In this document: positions 41,201 through 54,889 of the stretch, piece after piece
Layout of the letters: every line of letters begins with the position of its first letter
How positions within the stretch are numbered: position 1 is the stretch's first letter
NCBI RefSeq assembly: GCF_022539665.2
Contig: NC_081331.1
Location: forward strand, 13,764,001-13,828,000
Reading direction: 5' to 3'
Source: Daphnia carinata
Taxonomy: Eukaryota
Length of the DNA: 64,000 nucleotides
Notes under the pieces: model-generated
What the model was told of the DNA's origin: nothing
What the model saw: only the letters and a program-made list of their open reading frames with translations
The model's database searches: none
Translations under genes and position numbers: made by a program

Positions 41201-42243
41201 AATTGTATAAGAAAGTTAACTCCATAATCTAACAAATTATTTGAATAAAATCTAATTGCCAGAAATAAGCATTACTTATTCAGCCAGCACATTTTCCCAG
41301 GTAGCATTATCAGCATATGATTTCCTAAACTCTGTTTGGAACATTGGATTAACTAGTTGTTTTGCAAAGTGGTCTTACATTTTGGTGCCCCTTCGTTCCC
41401 ACGTGCCATTTTTCTGTCTAAAGGAATAATCGAAAATGCTCTAGGTTAAAATAAGACAAAACGATCATTTGGCCATGAACTTTAGACACAACAACTCACT
41501 TGAATGCCTATTGCCAAGCACCATAGTAGAAACAAAGATTCCAAAAACGAAACCATGAATTTCAATTATCCAAATTAGATTTGTTTGTCACACTAACACT
41601 TATTTCACAGTAAATCACACACAAAGAGGATGACGAAAGGCCGTGCTGAGTGTGTGCTACGAAGTACGAACTTCGAATTGTAATATTTTCTTGACTTTTG
41701 ATTTCCCTTCCTCTCTGTCTACCTCACGTTGCCAACTTGAGCAGTTATTTAACTATGATAATTATTAGAACAAATCAAATCATTGATTCGTTGTAATATG
41801 GTATGCTGAGAAAGTAAAACGTAATGAAATACAGTACAAGAAATTGCATTCGTCTTTGCCGAAATTTACCGATTTGAAAAGCATTGAACTTCGTGAGAAG
41901 CGGGGCAAAAGGTTTCGTGTTAGGTATGATCAAGTTTGGCTAAGAATTGCTGTTGTTATAAAAAGCTAATTACATTTTGCTGGTTGCAGGTCGTGGCTCT
42001 CTTTTTCCGTAACTCAAAAACTTTAACGATACTTAGTCTAAAGAGTTCCTTTAGTTACCTCTTAATCAGTAGGGTTGCATAAGTTGACTATCCCTTTAGA
42101 AACGACTGAACGTCGGTGGCGAATGTCAACACTTTGATTCAAAATTGTATTTTGAAAATCAAAATATAATGCTGGTATACAAAGGGGAAAAACTACATGT
42201 TGGGTGTATTAAATAGTAGAACATCATTTACTCACTAAGAAGT

Positions 42244-42981
42244 TTATCCCAAAAAGGTGTCGGCTGGAACGGCACCTTTTCCGTACTGGGCCAAGGTATT
42301 CATAAATGAAGGGCCACTGTAGGGGGTGAGGTTGTTTAAATATGGGATAAAACTACCAGCAGATGGTTGGGCGGCGTTGGGCATCTCGTTTTGATAGGCA
42401 ACGTATGGAACATTGACGTAGGGGTTCCAAAAAGTAGGGACAGTGACGGGAAGTGGACGTTTCTGATTATTAGGGTTTACAGCAACTTTAGCAATGGAGG
42501 ATACTGGAGAAAACGCAAAGCTTTCGTCAAAACCATTGATTTGTGGCATATCATAAATTCCTAACTGTTCCAGTACGCTCTTCAAGCTGTCAACCTTTGC
42601 TGTTGTGTTTTCGGAACGGAAAGGGATGGTAGGCGACGGGCAATTAGTGGAAGTAAAGACGCACGATAAGTACATATTGATGATTCTCTGAGTACTTTCC
42701 TTACACATTCGACTTATAAGATTCAAGTTTGTGACGAGAGCATTGAATGCATTGGCATTTCGACTTTGTTTGTCGTCAGCAGCAACTGGAACTGAATTCG
42801 TCAATAATGGCTCACGAACGACAGTAGAAGTCTCAAGAGGGATAGATGCTGCTAGTGCAGTGGCAATGATTGGAAAAAGAATGATCTGTTCAAATTCACA
42901 ATGATCACATATTATAAGATGCATATAGTTAAGTTCAAGTAAAACAGCTTTACGTTGCAATATACTTACCAAAAATTTCAT
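42244..42981 (-). CDS. Uncharacterised secreted protein, family copy B (identical to A)
   Basis: Identical translation to 32035-32772, inside the duplication. Confidence 0.75.
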   Translation of the reverse strand: MKFLVSILQRKAVLLELNYMHLIICDHCEFEQIILFPIIATALAASIPLETSTVVREPLLTNSVPVAADDKQSRNANAFNALVTNLNLISRMCKESTQRIINMYLSCVFTSTNCPSPTIPFRSENTTAKVDSLKSVLEQLGIYDMPQINGFDESFAFSPVSSIAKVAVNPNNQKRPLPVTVPTFWNPYVNVPYVAYQNEMPNAAQPSAGSFIPYLNNLTPYSGPSFMNTLAQYGKGAVPADTFLG

Positions 42982-45411
42982 GGTGATTCTTGTTGTTTAA
43001 AGTATACGGGAAGATCGTTCGTTGAATACTGAATATCAAAGGGTCTACTTCTCGGGTTTTTATACACCGAGGAAGCGAATGGCAATATCACCGTAAGCAT
43101 GTCATTTTATACGAATAGAATATTACTTACAATGTCTTGACCAGCGTAATTGCCTCCTATACGATTTTCTTCCCCGCTCAAAACAAGATGAAAAAAAAAA
43201 CTGGTTTAGAGTTCATTATATGGTTCCATCATACTGGATCCAGTCCAGCTAAAATGCCCCGACTCCTTGGTCAAAGCTGAAGATCAGACAAAGGTGAACT
43301 TGCATTTTTGCATACACGATGGCATGAAGTCAGTGATCTGGGCAAGTTCTCCGCCGGACCATCTGCGCATAGTATTGAGCAGCCAACCCAACTGATTCAA
43401 CTTTATACCACATTCACCGCCTCATTTATAAAGATGCCCAGTTTTAGAACCATTTCGTTGATCAAAAGTATGAAAAAAACAAGGCGAAAACCTTAATGCG
43501 CTAAAAAATGACACCTTGCTGTCAGGCTGTTGGCCATTTTCTGTATAAATGAAAACCTAGTCAATACTTTCCCAACATTAAGTTTTATTGAATTTACGGT
43601 ACGCTTATAGAACCACACTAGGTATTATCAATATCTTTTCGTTAATTGGGACCGTCTCGAAAAGGAGGGGCGTGTGAGAAGTTTGGTCTACCGGGCAAAA
43701 TTGTGTCCATGACGGATGGTTCGTGAGGCAAGGTCAGGCCAGCCAAGTACATCGGATAAAATTAGCAACAGGTAAATAGCTGCCTTCAGCATTGGCTTGC
43801 TGCACGCGTGTTCACAACGCGGGGAATTTTTATTTCAAGGTTCTGCAGGGCAGGATCAAGCGTCTGGAAACAGCCGTGCTGGATCATTTACAATGGCAGA
43901 CGATGTGTTAACTAGGCAGACAGACCAAGAGTATTGTAGAAATTTTTGTTTATACCAGTTTTCTGTTAAGAATAGAGTCGACAAAGATTGATGAGGTCAA
44001 GTTGAGTTGCTGCCCACCTATTCAAGTGAACTCTGGCCGAGGCATCAACATTTGTTGCTGATTTTTCCGGAACACATGCCCACGGTGGAATGCATAATCA
44101 CAAATTAAATAGTATTTAATTATAGCTACATTATATATATTGCCAGACCATACAACAGTATGGTGAGTAATGTAATTCTATACGAATTTTGATTGGTTAC
44201 TAGTAAGAAACGCATAAATTTAAGGCGAAATAGGAATTGGTATTTAAATAGCAGTACAAAAAGAAACCTTACCATTCAGTTGAAAATAACAATTTACCAA
44301 TGATTAACGAAAAATACTACTAAAGCTAATTAAACTTTAGTGCAATAATAATATTTACCGAGCACTTTACGGTGGCACTTGCAGTCTTAATTGAGATGGA
44401 ACACGATTCACCAATAAAACAAAATTCAAATAGGATATTTGTATGGTAATGCATACAAGGTATTCCGCACATACACAAATAGAAGAACAAAGTCTGAACC
44501 GGTTCCATAAAGCCTAGTGCCCACTAATTCAGGTTTCAATACTCTTGGAGGTATAAGCTGAAAGGTGAGAAAATGTGTTTCGAAATCGAAATGCTTTCGA
44601 ATCGTTATTCGAATGCACAACACTTAAAATTCAACTGTCACATTAGAGAGGCATCTAAACCACAGAGGTAATGTACACGAACTAACTAGACATGGTAAAA
44701 AATATGTAGCTCAGTCTCAGCAGTAACCTATTGAAGTTGAGACTGAAAGGTGAGACAATACGATATGAAGAAAAAAAAAAGAAAAGGAGAGAAAAATGAG
44801 ATAACGGCCATTATGGATTTTTTGTGACCCTTCCCACAGCTCTCGTCGCTTACAAACCCATGACTAAAAAAATTGTCAGTTTCTCGGAAAACCGTCTAGC
44901 AAAAAACAATAAAGAAAAAAAAAGGAAAAAGGAAAAACCAGTGACCGATGAGAGAAAAAAACAAGAGGAGTGCACTAATTTAGAAAACGACATTATGTCG
45001 GAGCTGATTGTCGCTATCAAATTGTTTTAGTAAATTCGCTATTTGAAACGAAGATTTATTAACAGCGGAGACTTGGACTCATGTAAAATTTTTATTGTGA
45101 ATCCGAATGATGAAACTTGAAAAATAATTTGGACTGATTACTGTCTTAGACATTTTCTTAAGTGCTTATCCCTCAGTCCGTTCTCAATCAATATCCAGCA
45201 TTTCACATCACGATGTACCTACACATCATTCAGTCGCATCGCAATACTCTTCCACAGCAAATCAACGCCGAGCACCCAACATCGACGCAACAACTCAATT
45301 TCATAAAGAACTACATTAAATTTCAAACAATCACGTTTACTAGATGGTATCGGCTTTCATAGATGAAGTACATGGCTTTAAATTATTTATTCAATTGAGA
45401 GTTTCATTAAT

Positions 45412-46123
45412 TTAGTAGATCTTGTAGCCTTTACCGTTGAAAGGGATGTGGACAGGCAGTTCGTATTCGTGGACGGGAGCGACGGGCAAGTGATCACCTT
45501 TGGGTTGAAATCCGGCTTCATCAGCGGCCCAAGTGAGAGTGAACTTCTGACCCTCAGGAGAAATCCAGTAAGAAGATCCTTTGTTGGTGTTGCCAAGGAC
45601 TTCGCCGTAAGATTCTTTTCCATAAGAATCATAGGTGACTCCTTGCATCTTCTTCTGGACCTGAGACTCTTCACGGGTGGTGTAATCAGACTGGGCGTAG
45701 CTATAAATTGAAACAATTCAGTTTATTAGTATGCGAATCTTGGATCCCCATATTAAAGGGATACTGAATGAAACTGACTTACCTCCATTGGCTACTGCCA
45801 TCGATGTTGCGTTCATCAGATTGGCTGGTGACGGTAATGGCAGCGTACTTGTTATCCTTGTAGGCTGGTGCGGAGTAAGCTGGTGCGGGGTAGGCGGGCG
45901 CGGTGTAGGCTGGTGCTGGGTAGCTAGGAGTAGGGTACTTTGGAGCGGGGTAGCTTGGGGCTGGATAACTGGTAGCTTTGTATTCCGGTTTGAAGCTGGA
46001 TGGTACGGCGGCAGCAACAGCCAAGAATGCGGCGACGAAGAACTATCGGAAAATGCCGTTATTAATTTTAAGTCCAAAGTTTTTTCCACTTTAAGAAGAA
46101 ATAAAAAGCCTTACCAGCTTCAT
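45412..46123 (-). CDS. Cuticular protein, R&R family, gene 3 (duplicate of gene 1)
   Basis: Same structure as gene 1, with one F>L change in KFTLTW. Confidence 0.9.
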
Positions 46124-46786
46124 GTTGTACAATGTTAGTTTGGTAAACAACTGATGCTTTTTTGTTCTCCATTCTTGGGCTTTTATAGTCAAGTGAATGG
46201 TAAGTAACATGTAGTCGGGCATCTAGTTGACCTAGTTATTTTGGCTGCTAGCTTTCGTTCTAGTAACATAGGTGTGGGCGTTGTGCAAAAAATTCTGCAC
46301 TCTCACTTTTCACATTAGACACTTTGCAAAATGTTTCCCTTCTTTGCGATAGCTCTATCTGCCAGACCGTCTACAATTTCACATTTCAATAGCCCAGTTT
46401 TAGACGAAAGTGCTAGAATTTGCCAAATGCATTGAATAAAAGTGCTGAATCTCTTAAAATTGGTATATTGATTTCTTTCTACTCGTTCAAAGTGAACATC
46501 TTCGCGTAAATCAAGAGAAAGGTTATTAATTGCTCAATAAACTAAAGCAGAAGTATAAGCAAAAGTACGTAGATGTTCCTACCTATTCGCCGCATGCAAT
46601 CACTGCATTGCAAGAGCCATGGCCTGGAATGCAAACCATAGATAACCACCAAAGGACGGTGATCATCGCTTTCAAAAGTAGGTTGTTAAATGAAATAGAA
46701 ACGACACACCCTTTTCTGCCGGCTACATAAGCCCGTGTGATTGTGATTCAAGTCATCAGTTGTTCAAATCATCAATAGTACTCAAC

Positions 46787-47537
46787 ATGAAACTAGTAAA
46801 CGGAATTTTATATTTGATTTTGATCTTAGAAGTTTCATCTCTTATTAACAAGTTTCGATTTCTTTTCGTGTAGTTTGTCCTCGTCGCTTTCTTGGCCGTC
46901 GCTGCCGCTGTTCCATCCAGCTACAAGCCGGAATACAAAGCTCCCAGTTACCCTGCCCCAAGCTACACTACACCAAAGTACCCTACACCGAGCTACCCCG
47001 CACCGAGCTACCCCGCACCAGCCTACCCCGCACCAGCCTACCCTACTCCCAGCTACAACAAGGACAACAAATACGCTGACATTACCATCACCAGCCAATC
47101 TGATGAGCGCAACCTCGATGGAAGCAGCCAATGGAGGTAATTCAACTTAATTCTTTACGTTATTACCATAGGGTTTAATAATTCTTAAAAATAAATTTAA
47201 TTCTTTCACCTATAGCTACGCCCAGTCTGACTATACTACCCGTGAAGAGTCTCAGGTCCAGAAGAAGATGCAAGGAGTCACCTACGATTCTTACGGCAAA
47301 GAATCGTACGGTGAAGTCCTTGGCAACACCAACAAAGGATCATCTTACTGGGTTTCGCCTGAAGGCCAAAAGTTTACCTTGACGTGGACTGCCGATGAAG
47401 CCGGTTTCCAGCCCAAGGGTGATCACTTGCCCGTTGCTCCCGTTCACGTCTACGAGCTTCCCGTTGCCCCCGTCCACGAATACGTTCTCCCCGTTGCCCC
47501 AGCTCTCCCTTATGCGCGCACTGGACTCGGCTATTAA
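46787..47537 (+). CDS. Cuticular protein, R&R family, gene 4 (duplicate of gene 2)
   Basis: Same structure as gene 2; 3' end differs (HEYVLP, PYARTGLGY). Confidence 0.9.
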
Positions 47538-48034
47538 AATTTAAACATTTCGTTAGTGATATCTATGCGATGCTACCTATGCAGGCCTAACTTATTCTAA
47601 TTATGTTCAAATAAACGAATGGAAACGGAACACATTTCAAACATGAAACTTGTTGCTCCTAAAAATTATTGTTGTGATAGGGAACAAAATAAAATTACAA
47701 AAAAGATATACCTGGATTTTGTTACTCATCTGCCACCTAGCGGCTGAACGCGGAGAAAATTCCCGATCTTTAGCGTTCCATTCACGCACGGTGATTACGT
47801 CATACGAATCTTATATTTTGCATTTCCACGCATAATTATTGTTCTTTAATGCATTCTATCTTATTAAAGCAACAATGTAAAAAGGAAAAAATAAAGTTCA
47901 TTTCTTGTTTTCGTCAATTTAGTTTATTATGTTCGCGAAATCTAACAAAAACGTGCAAAAAACACCACTTGTATTTTGTAAACGATGGTTGCATCGTCTG
48001 GGAACGGTATAAAAGACTTGATAAAGCACTCCAA

Positions 48035-48455
48035 GGATAGTAACGGTGTTAGCTCGCTAGCACCGTTACGGTGGGATGCCATAGGTTCAACTATGTGCGA
48101 TGGTATACGGTGGCTAATATGGTGATGGACGTAGTCCGACCATTTGGAGATTGTCTGACGCTAATTCCAGGTCGAAATGGCTTCAAGACTATCGTAAAGA
48201 TCCACATTAGCTACAGTATGCTATCACACATGGCTGCACTCATGGTAAATGGTGGCTATATGGTGATGAACGTAGTCCGACCATTGGAGATTGTCTGACG
48301 CTCATTCCAGGTCGAAATGGCTTCAAGACTGCGGTAAAGATCCATATAGTCTGAACAACCTTGGCTCGACTGAAAGCGAACGCTGTACCCCTAAATGGAG
48401 GAAGCTAGGAGTCAACACGGATTATCGGCCGGTAATTCGACCAAATCCCACTTTT
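48035..48455 (+). ncRNA. Candidate structured ncRNA, copy 2
   Basis: Appears identical to copy 1; TATA at 48008. Confidence 0.6.
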
Positions 48456-49866
48456 GTTTTTACATTTTACCCGTTCACCCTGCAACGTACGTGCGTATCG
48501 GGGGAAAAAATCAGATCAAGGTACGCTAAGCTTTACTGAACTGATTACGCTTTATTTACCCTTTATTTCTTATGGCTTAGTTCTTTAAGTTACTTGGTAT
48601 GAAATTTATTTCCTGGCAAGGGCGTGTCCTTGGATGATTTGCTGGACATAGCCATGCATGTTAAATAATAGAATGAAATTATTAACAGGTTTCGTTCTCA
48701 GTAACGATATCTTATATTACTATTCTTTCAGAAATGGTCAGACAATGGAAAACGAGCGTGGTGAACCATTTTTGCATAATAAATTATCTAACACAGGAAC
48801 GAGCAGGATCGTGAAACTCTTGTCTTACCCAGTCTGCTGTTGGCGATATAGTCGATACAGATTTAATGGGTCACGGTTATTTTCTGCCAACACGTTCAAG
48901 TCGAAACTAGTCAAAGCTTCAAGTTTTACGTTTCACTTGCTGGAATGCACGTGAAATAATGCGGCATAGTATCGGTGGCGCACAAAATCAAGTCACAAGC
49001 GAAGTTGAAGCCGACGGCATCCTTACGTTTCAGGTGAAACAGGTAGTACTGATTAAATGGCAGTACCAAAAGAAAGACGTTCCCACAAAGTTCATAGTTA
49101 CATATTGAAAACCATTTACACACATAAAATTTTATTCGCAAATGAAAATATCCACAAGCTTTCTTGTTGAGAACGAGATTCACGACACGCAGTATTTCAT
49201 TTTTACACTTTAGAATTGCAGAAAACAGAGAGATAGAAAAGTCAAACTGTTCGGGCTGGGCACAAATGACATGTGGCATGGTTTCAGTTAATAGCTTTGG
49301 AGGTAGAGGCTGAAAAGTGAGAAAAATTTAAAAGAAAGGAAGCGGCCATTATGGATTTTTGATCGCCCCTTCCCTCAGCTCTGATGTGCGGATGTTTTCT
49401 CTACCTTTAAAAATAATCTTCTCTAAACTGTCGAGCCAAAAAAAGTCTAAATAATAAAAAGTGATGGATGGAATAAGAGAAAAACAATCACTTGAGGCGC
49501 TAGGGTGGAGTAAAACAAAAATAATTATCAGCTGACATCCTGTTAGCATTTTCCAGACGTCATTCATTAATGAAATTTAATTCAATTAGTTGTTCCTCCC
49601 ATTACGCCGTATCTATGCTGCGTTGTAAATATAAAGAAGTATTTAACTCTAAAACTTAAATTTAAGGCATTGGAATTACCAAATAATTGTGATTGGTGAT
49701 TCTGATCGATGTAGAGCGAGAAGCAATTTTGATTAATGAAGTAGATTAATAGTATCTTTGATAGACATCGTTTTATATTTCCTCGTATTTACACCAACAA
49801 TACAAAAAGCATCAAGGCATAAAATACACGGATTTAAGTTATTTGTGCGGTCAGGTAGTCAATAAT

Positions 49867-50611
49867 TTAGTAGATCTTGTAGCCTTTGCCGTTGAATGGG
49901 ATGTGGACGGGGGCAACGGGGAGAACGTATTCGTGGACGGGGGCAACGGGGAGCTCGTAGACGTGAACGGGAGCAACGGGCAAGTGGGCACCCTTGGGTT
50001 GGAATCCAGCATCATCAGCGGTCCAGGTCAAAGTGAATTTCTCGCCTTCAGGAGAAACCCAGTAAGAGGATCCTTTGTTGGTGTTGCCCATAACATCTTC
50101 GTATGTAGCCTTTCCGTAAGAATCGTAAGCGACTCCTTGCATCTTCTTCTGAACTTGGGACTCTTCGCGGGTAGTGTAGTCAGACTGGGCGTAGCTTTAT
50201 CGGATAAGATTAAACATAGCATATATGAAAAATCTGTTTACTTAAGAAGGATTAATTTAAATACAAATCTTACCTCCATTGGCTGCTGCCATCAAGATTG
50301 CGGACATCAGATTGGCTGGTGACGGTGATGTCAGCGTACTTGTTGTCCTTGTAGGATGGGGCGGAGTAGGCTGGTGCGGAGTAGGCGGGGGCGGAGTAGG
50401 CGGGGGCGGAGTAGGCTGGTGCGGAGTAGGCTGGTGCAGAGTACTTTGGTGCGGAGTAGCTGGGGGCTGAGTAGCTTGGAGCTTTGTAGCTTGAAGGAGC
50501 AGCGGCGGCAACGGCCAAGACAGCGGCGATGATAAACTGTAAAACAAAACATTTCAGTATTAGAACAAGTGAAATGAATTTGATGATTGTGTTGTTGCTC
50601 ACCAGCTTCAT
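49867..50611 (-). CDS. Cuticular protein, R&R family, gene 5 (unpaired)
   Basis: MKL exon, YSAP repeats, R&R motif GSSYWVSPEGEKFTLTWTADDAGFQPKGAHLP, end FNGKGYKIY. Confidence 0.9.
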
Positions 50612-51666
50612 GTTGAATTCGGTTGAGTGAAACAACTGATGCTGTCGGTATGTGAAATCCTGGCTTATATAGTCGGTGAATGGAAATATTGGCCAACTAT
50701 GAAGTGACCCAGATTTGAGCAACTTACATTTTCATTTGGTTGTTTTTACACCATCATATTAGTGGCCCTTCTAGTCCCTTCTCTTTGCCAATCCTTTTTA
50801 GGTAAAGTCTTGAGTATTTTTAAAAGTTACGTTTCTATTTGCATTATCCAAACTAGCCCTTGATGCGGCACTTCATTGACTTTGCTGTTGGCTATAGATT
50901 TTGATAGTTAACTAAAATTTTAAGAGAAGGGCCGTTACAACGCGTTATAATTAAATGAATACTTGGATACGTACAGTAGGGCTTAGTACATATATCTAAT
51001 TCGTTCACGTAACGCTCGCAATTAAAATTATAGCGTCCCTTTTTAATGTGCTTTAGAATCAAACCAAAGTAGGCAATATGCCTGGTAAACGGTTACCATT
51101 TAAAATTTGGATAGTTAAAGTTTTAGATAACTACACTATAACATTTATAATCGCATCATGGGAATTTTGGTTACTCTTAAGAGATATGCTAAGGGATTAA
51201 ACAATATTTAAGATATTGTTAAGATACTGCTTGTGTTGTGTTTGTTAAGATATTTAAGGAATTAACAATACTTCAGGATGCAATACACGATTCTGAATTC
51301 CATTAACAAGAGCAGTTTGTTATGAAGAAATAATCCAGCAAAATGACAATACAGATGACAATTGTAGATGAATTATCTTGCCATTAAAACGTTGGCTAGA
51401 AAAAGTTGAAAGACAGGTTTTTCAGGTAAAAAAAAAATCTAATATTTGTTTCTTATCTGACAGAACTAAAATACTATTAGAATATTGGCATGATGCCATG
51501 AATGTTCGATGGTTAAACTTGAATGTAACCTTCATGTGCTTGTCAAAATTTACCAAAACGCACCTGGGTAGATTGATTGCATTTATATTTACTCCGCGCT
51601 TGCGATAGACGAGATATACAGAAACTATCGGACATACTTTAAATATTAAATCATTTGTCGGGAAAT

Positions 51667-52386
51667 CTAGTAAATCTTGTAACCCTTGCCATTGAAGGGG
51701 ATGTGAACGGGGAGCTCATATTCATGGACGGGAGCAACTGGGAGCTCGTATTCATGGACGGGGGCTACGGGCAAGTGGGCACCCTTGGGCTGGAATCCGG
51801 CATCATCAGCGGTCCAGGTCAAAGTGAATTTCTCGCCTTCAGGGGAAACCCAGTAAGAGGATCCCTTGTTGGTGTTGCCCATAACATCTTCGTAGGTGGC
51901 CTTTCCGTAAGAATCGTAAGCGACTCCTTGCATCTTCTTCTGGACTTGGGATTCTTCGCGGGTAGTGTAGTCAGACTGGGCGTAGCTGTGAATTGAAACA
52001 ATTCAATTTATTAATATGTGAATCTTGGATCCCCATATTAATGGGATAATGAATGAAGCTGACTTACCTCCATTGGCTGCTGCCATCGATGTTGCGTTCA
52101 TCAGATTGGCTGGTGACGGTGATGTCAGCGTACTTGTTATCCTTGTAGGCTGGTGCGGAGTAAGCTGGTGCGGGGTAGGCAGGGGCGGAGTAGGCTGGTG
52201 CGGGGTACTTTGGTGCGGGGTAGCTTGGGGCTGGGTAGCTGGGAGCTTTGTAGCTGGATGGAACAGCGGCGGCTACGGCCAAGACAGCGGCGATGACGAA
52301 CTGTCAGTCAATGTATTTATTAAATAAAGATCTAAAGTTTTTAGTTGTTCAGAAAATATAATAATAAAATGCCTTACGAGTTTCAT
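51667..52386 (-). CDS. Cuticular protein, R&R family, gene 6
   Basis: Same 3-exon structure and motifs. Confidence 0.9.
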
Positions 52387-53113
52387 GTTGTACTAGGATG
52401 ACTTGATAAACAACTGATGGTTCTATTTCTACGTTTCTAAGCTTATATAGTCAAGTGAATGGTACGAAACATTCAACTGACCTAGTTGTTGTGCTGCTCA
52501 ATCTGGGCGTTGTGCAAAAATAGTGCACTCTCACTTTTCACGTTAGGCAACACATAGAAAAAATTTGTCTTACTAGTAACTGCTAATTTCCTTTTTGTGC
52601 ATAATTTGAGCTAATAGTGCTCTACTGGCGTTCTTTTTTTGTAACAGGATCTGATTAATTCACTATCATTCGTTTTTAAAATGATAACTCGTCAGGGGTG
52701 TTAACTTTCGCTAAGGATAGTAAATTTAATCCATGAACTAGATGTCAACATAGCATTTGTCTGAATCGGGTATTGCTATTCCCTTCTACCAATTCAATGT
52801 TAATCTATTGGAAATATCAGGCAAATGAATTGGTGTATGCCAATTCAAAAGCGAGCTATAAATGGAGAAAGTGAATGCTGATTTATAAAGAAAAAAAAAA
52901 TCTTTTTGATTCCTACGTGTAGAAAACGATAACTACATGATGGTCTGGCATACAAATCATAGGTAACCACCAAGGAACGGTTGATCGACGTTTTCAAAAA
53001 TAGGTTAAGAAACGAAGCGAATGGAAAATGACACACCCTTTCCTGTTGGCTACATAAACCTGTTTGAAAACTATTCAAAACATCAGTTGTTTAAGTCTTC
53101 CACCATAGTCAAC

Positions 53114-53767
53114 ATGAAACTCGTAAGCACAGATATTTTCATTTAGTCAGTTCACAGTTTCATTGCTTTTTGCATTTTTTTTCGTAGTTTGTCATCGCCG
53201 CTGTTTTGGCCGTTGCTACTGCCGTACCATCCAGCTATAAACCGGAATACAAAACTTCTAGCTATTCTGCTCCTAGTTACAATAAGGATAACAAGTACGC
53301 CGACATAACAATAACCGGCCAATCCGACGAGCGCAACATCGATGGCAGCAGCCAGTGGAAGTAAGTGCATTTCATGTTTTACTATTGTTATCAAAGGGAT
53401 TAAAGAAACTCACGTTTGAAACATTTAATTTTTTTCAACCTAAAGCTACGCCCAGTCTGATTACACTACCCGTGAAGAATCTCAAGTTCAGAAGAAAATG
53501 CAGGGGATTACCTACGATTCTTATGGAAAAGAAACATACAGCGAAGTACTAGCCAACACCAACAAAGGGTCATCTTACTGGGTTTCCCCTGAAGGCCAGA
53601 AGTTCACTTTGACATGGACTGCTGACAATGCTGGATTCCAGCCTAAAGGTGAACACTTGCCCGTCGCTCCGGTCCATGTCTATGAGCTCCCAGTTGCTCC
53701 TGTTCATGAATATGAACTCCCGGTCGCACCTGCCCTTCCTTATTCACGAACTGGTCTTGGCTATTAA
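53114..53767 (+). CDS. Cuticular protein, R&R family, gene 7 (short repeat region)
   Basis: MKL exon; exon 2 has almost no YxAP repeats; R&R motif ..WTADNAGFQPKGEHLP; end PYSRTGLGY. Confidence 0.88.
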
Positions 53768-54463
53768 GAATGAAACATAAATGTACTATATAAGTTTATT
53801 TTACTGATACGAAATAAAAATAGATATGTCTTCATATCCGTTTAGCATTATTACGGAGGGTACGAACAGTTTGAAAGATGTTACTTCTCTGTGTGAGCAC
53901 AAGTTTGTCGATTTGCACACATTTCGAACGCAGGTCTCACATACAGCTTCATTTGACGCACGGCGGAGTAAAGAATACCTTTGGCTTGATTGTTGGTTAA
54001 AAGCACTCAAAGATACAATTCAAACAACAAAATAAGAGTTAAATGTTGTAAAGGCCACTAATTGTTGTTTGCTCCTGAAGAATTACTGATGTGACACTGC
54101 ACAGCAGACTAAAAAACTTTTAAAAGATTTCTGTTATGTGCGACTCATCTGCCACCTAGCGGCAAGCCGAAGAGAAGTTTTTAAATTTTGTAGCGGGATT
54201 GGTAGATTCCAGTCACGAATGATGGTTACAAGAAACAATTCATCTATTATAACGTTTTTCACGTAAAATTGTTTTTCTTCCATGAAAATAATTCTATCAA
54301 TAAAATAATACATGAAGTAACGAATAAAGTTCATTTTTTATTACCGTCAATATATTATACCTTGTTTGCGGAATTTTACATCAAGCTTCAAAATCCGAAA
54401 AAAATTGTAGTGATGGTTGGATCATCTGGGGAGCTGTATAAAAGACTTGATAAAGCACTCCAA

Positions 54464-54889
54464 GGATAGTAACGGTGTTAGCTTGCTAGCACCGTTACGG
54501 TGGGATGCCATAGGTTCAACTACGTGCGATGGTATACGGTGGCTAATATGGTGATGGACGTAGTCCGACCATTTGGAGATTGTCTGACGCTAATTCCAGG
54601 TCGAAATGGCTTCAAGACTGTCGTAAAGATCCACATTAGCTACAATATGCTATCACACATGGCTGCACTCATGGTAAATGGTGGCTATATGGTGATGAAC
54701 GTAGTCCGACCATTTGGAGATCGTCTGACGCTCATTCCAGGTCGAAATGGCTTCACGACTGTCGTAAAGATCCACATAGTCTGAACAACCTTGGCTCGAT
54801 TGAAAGCGAACGCTGTACCCCTAAATGGAGGAAGCTAGGAGTCAACACGGATTATCGGCCGGTAATTCGACCAAATCCCACTTTTTTTT
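54464..54889 (+). ncRNA. Candidate structured ncRNA, copy 3
   Basis: About 11 differences from copy 1 by eye; TATA at 54437; T8 tract at 54882-54889, after which similarity stops. Confidence 0.6.

Larger units (their letters stand above)
40358..49510 (+). repeat. Tandem segmental duplication, copy 2
   Basis: Starts at the same CGAAATAATTGAATTCGTAAAAA anchor as copy 1. ORFs are identical or nearly so (e.g. 32035-32772 = 42244-42981). Confidence 0.92.

Noticed and set aside
54500..54784. 94-aa ORF with internal repeat inside the non-coding unit
   Set aside because: GTG start, frameshifted in copies 1 and 2, and absent in copy 4.
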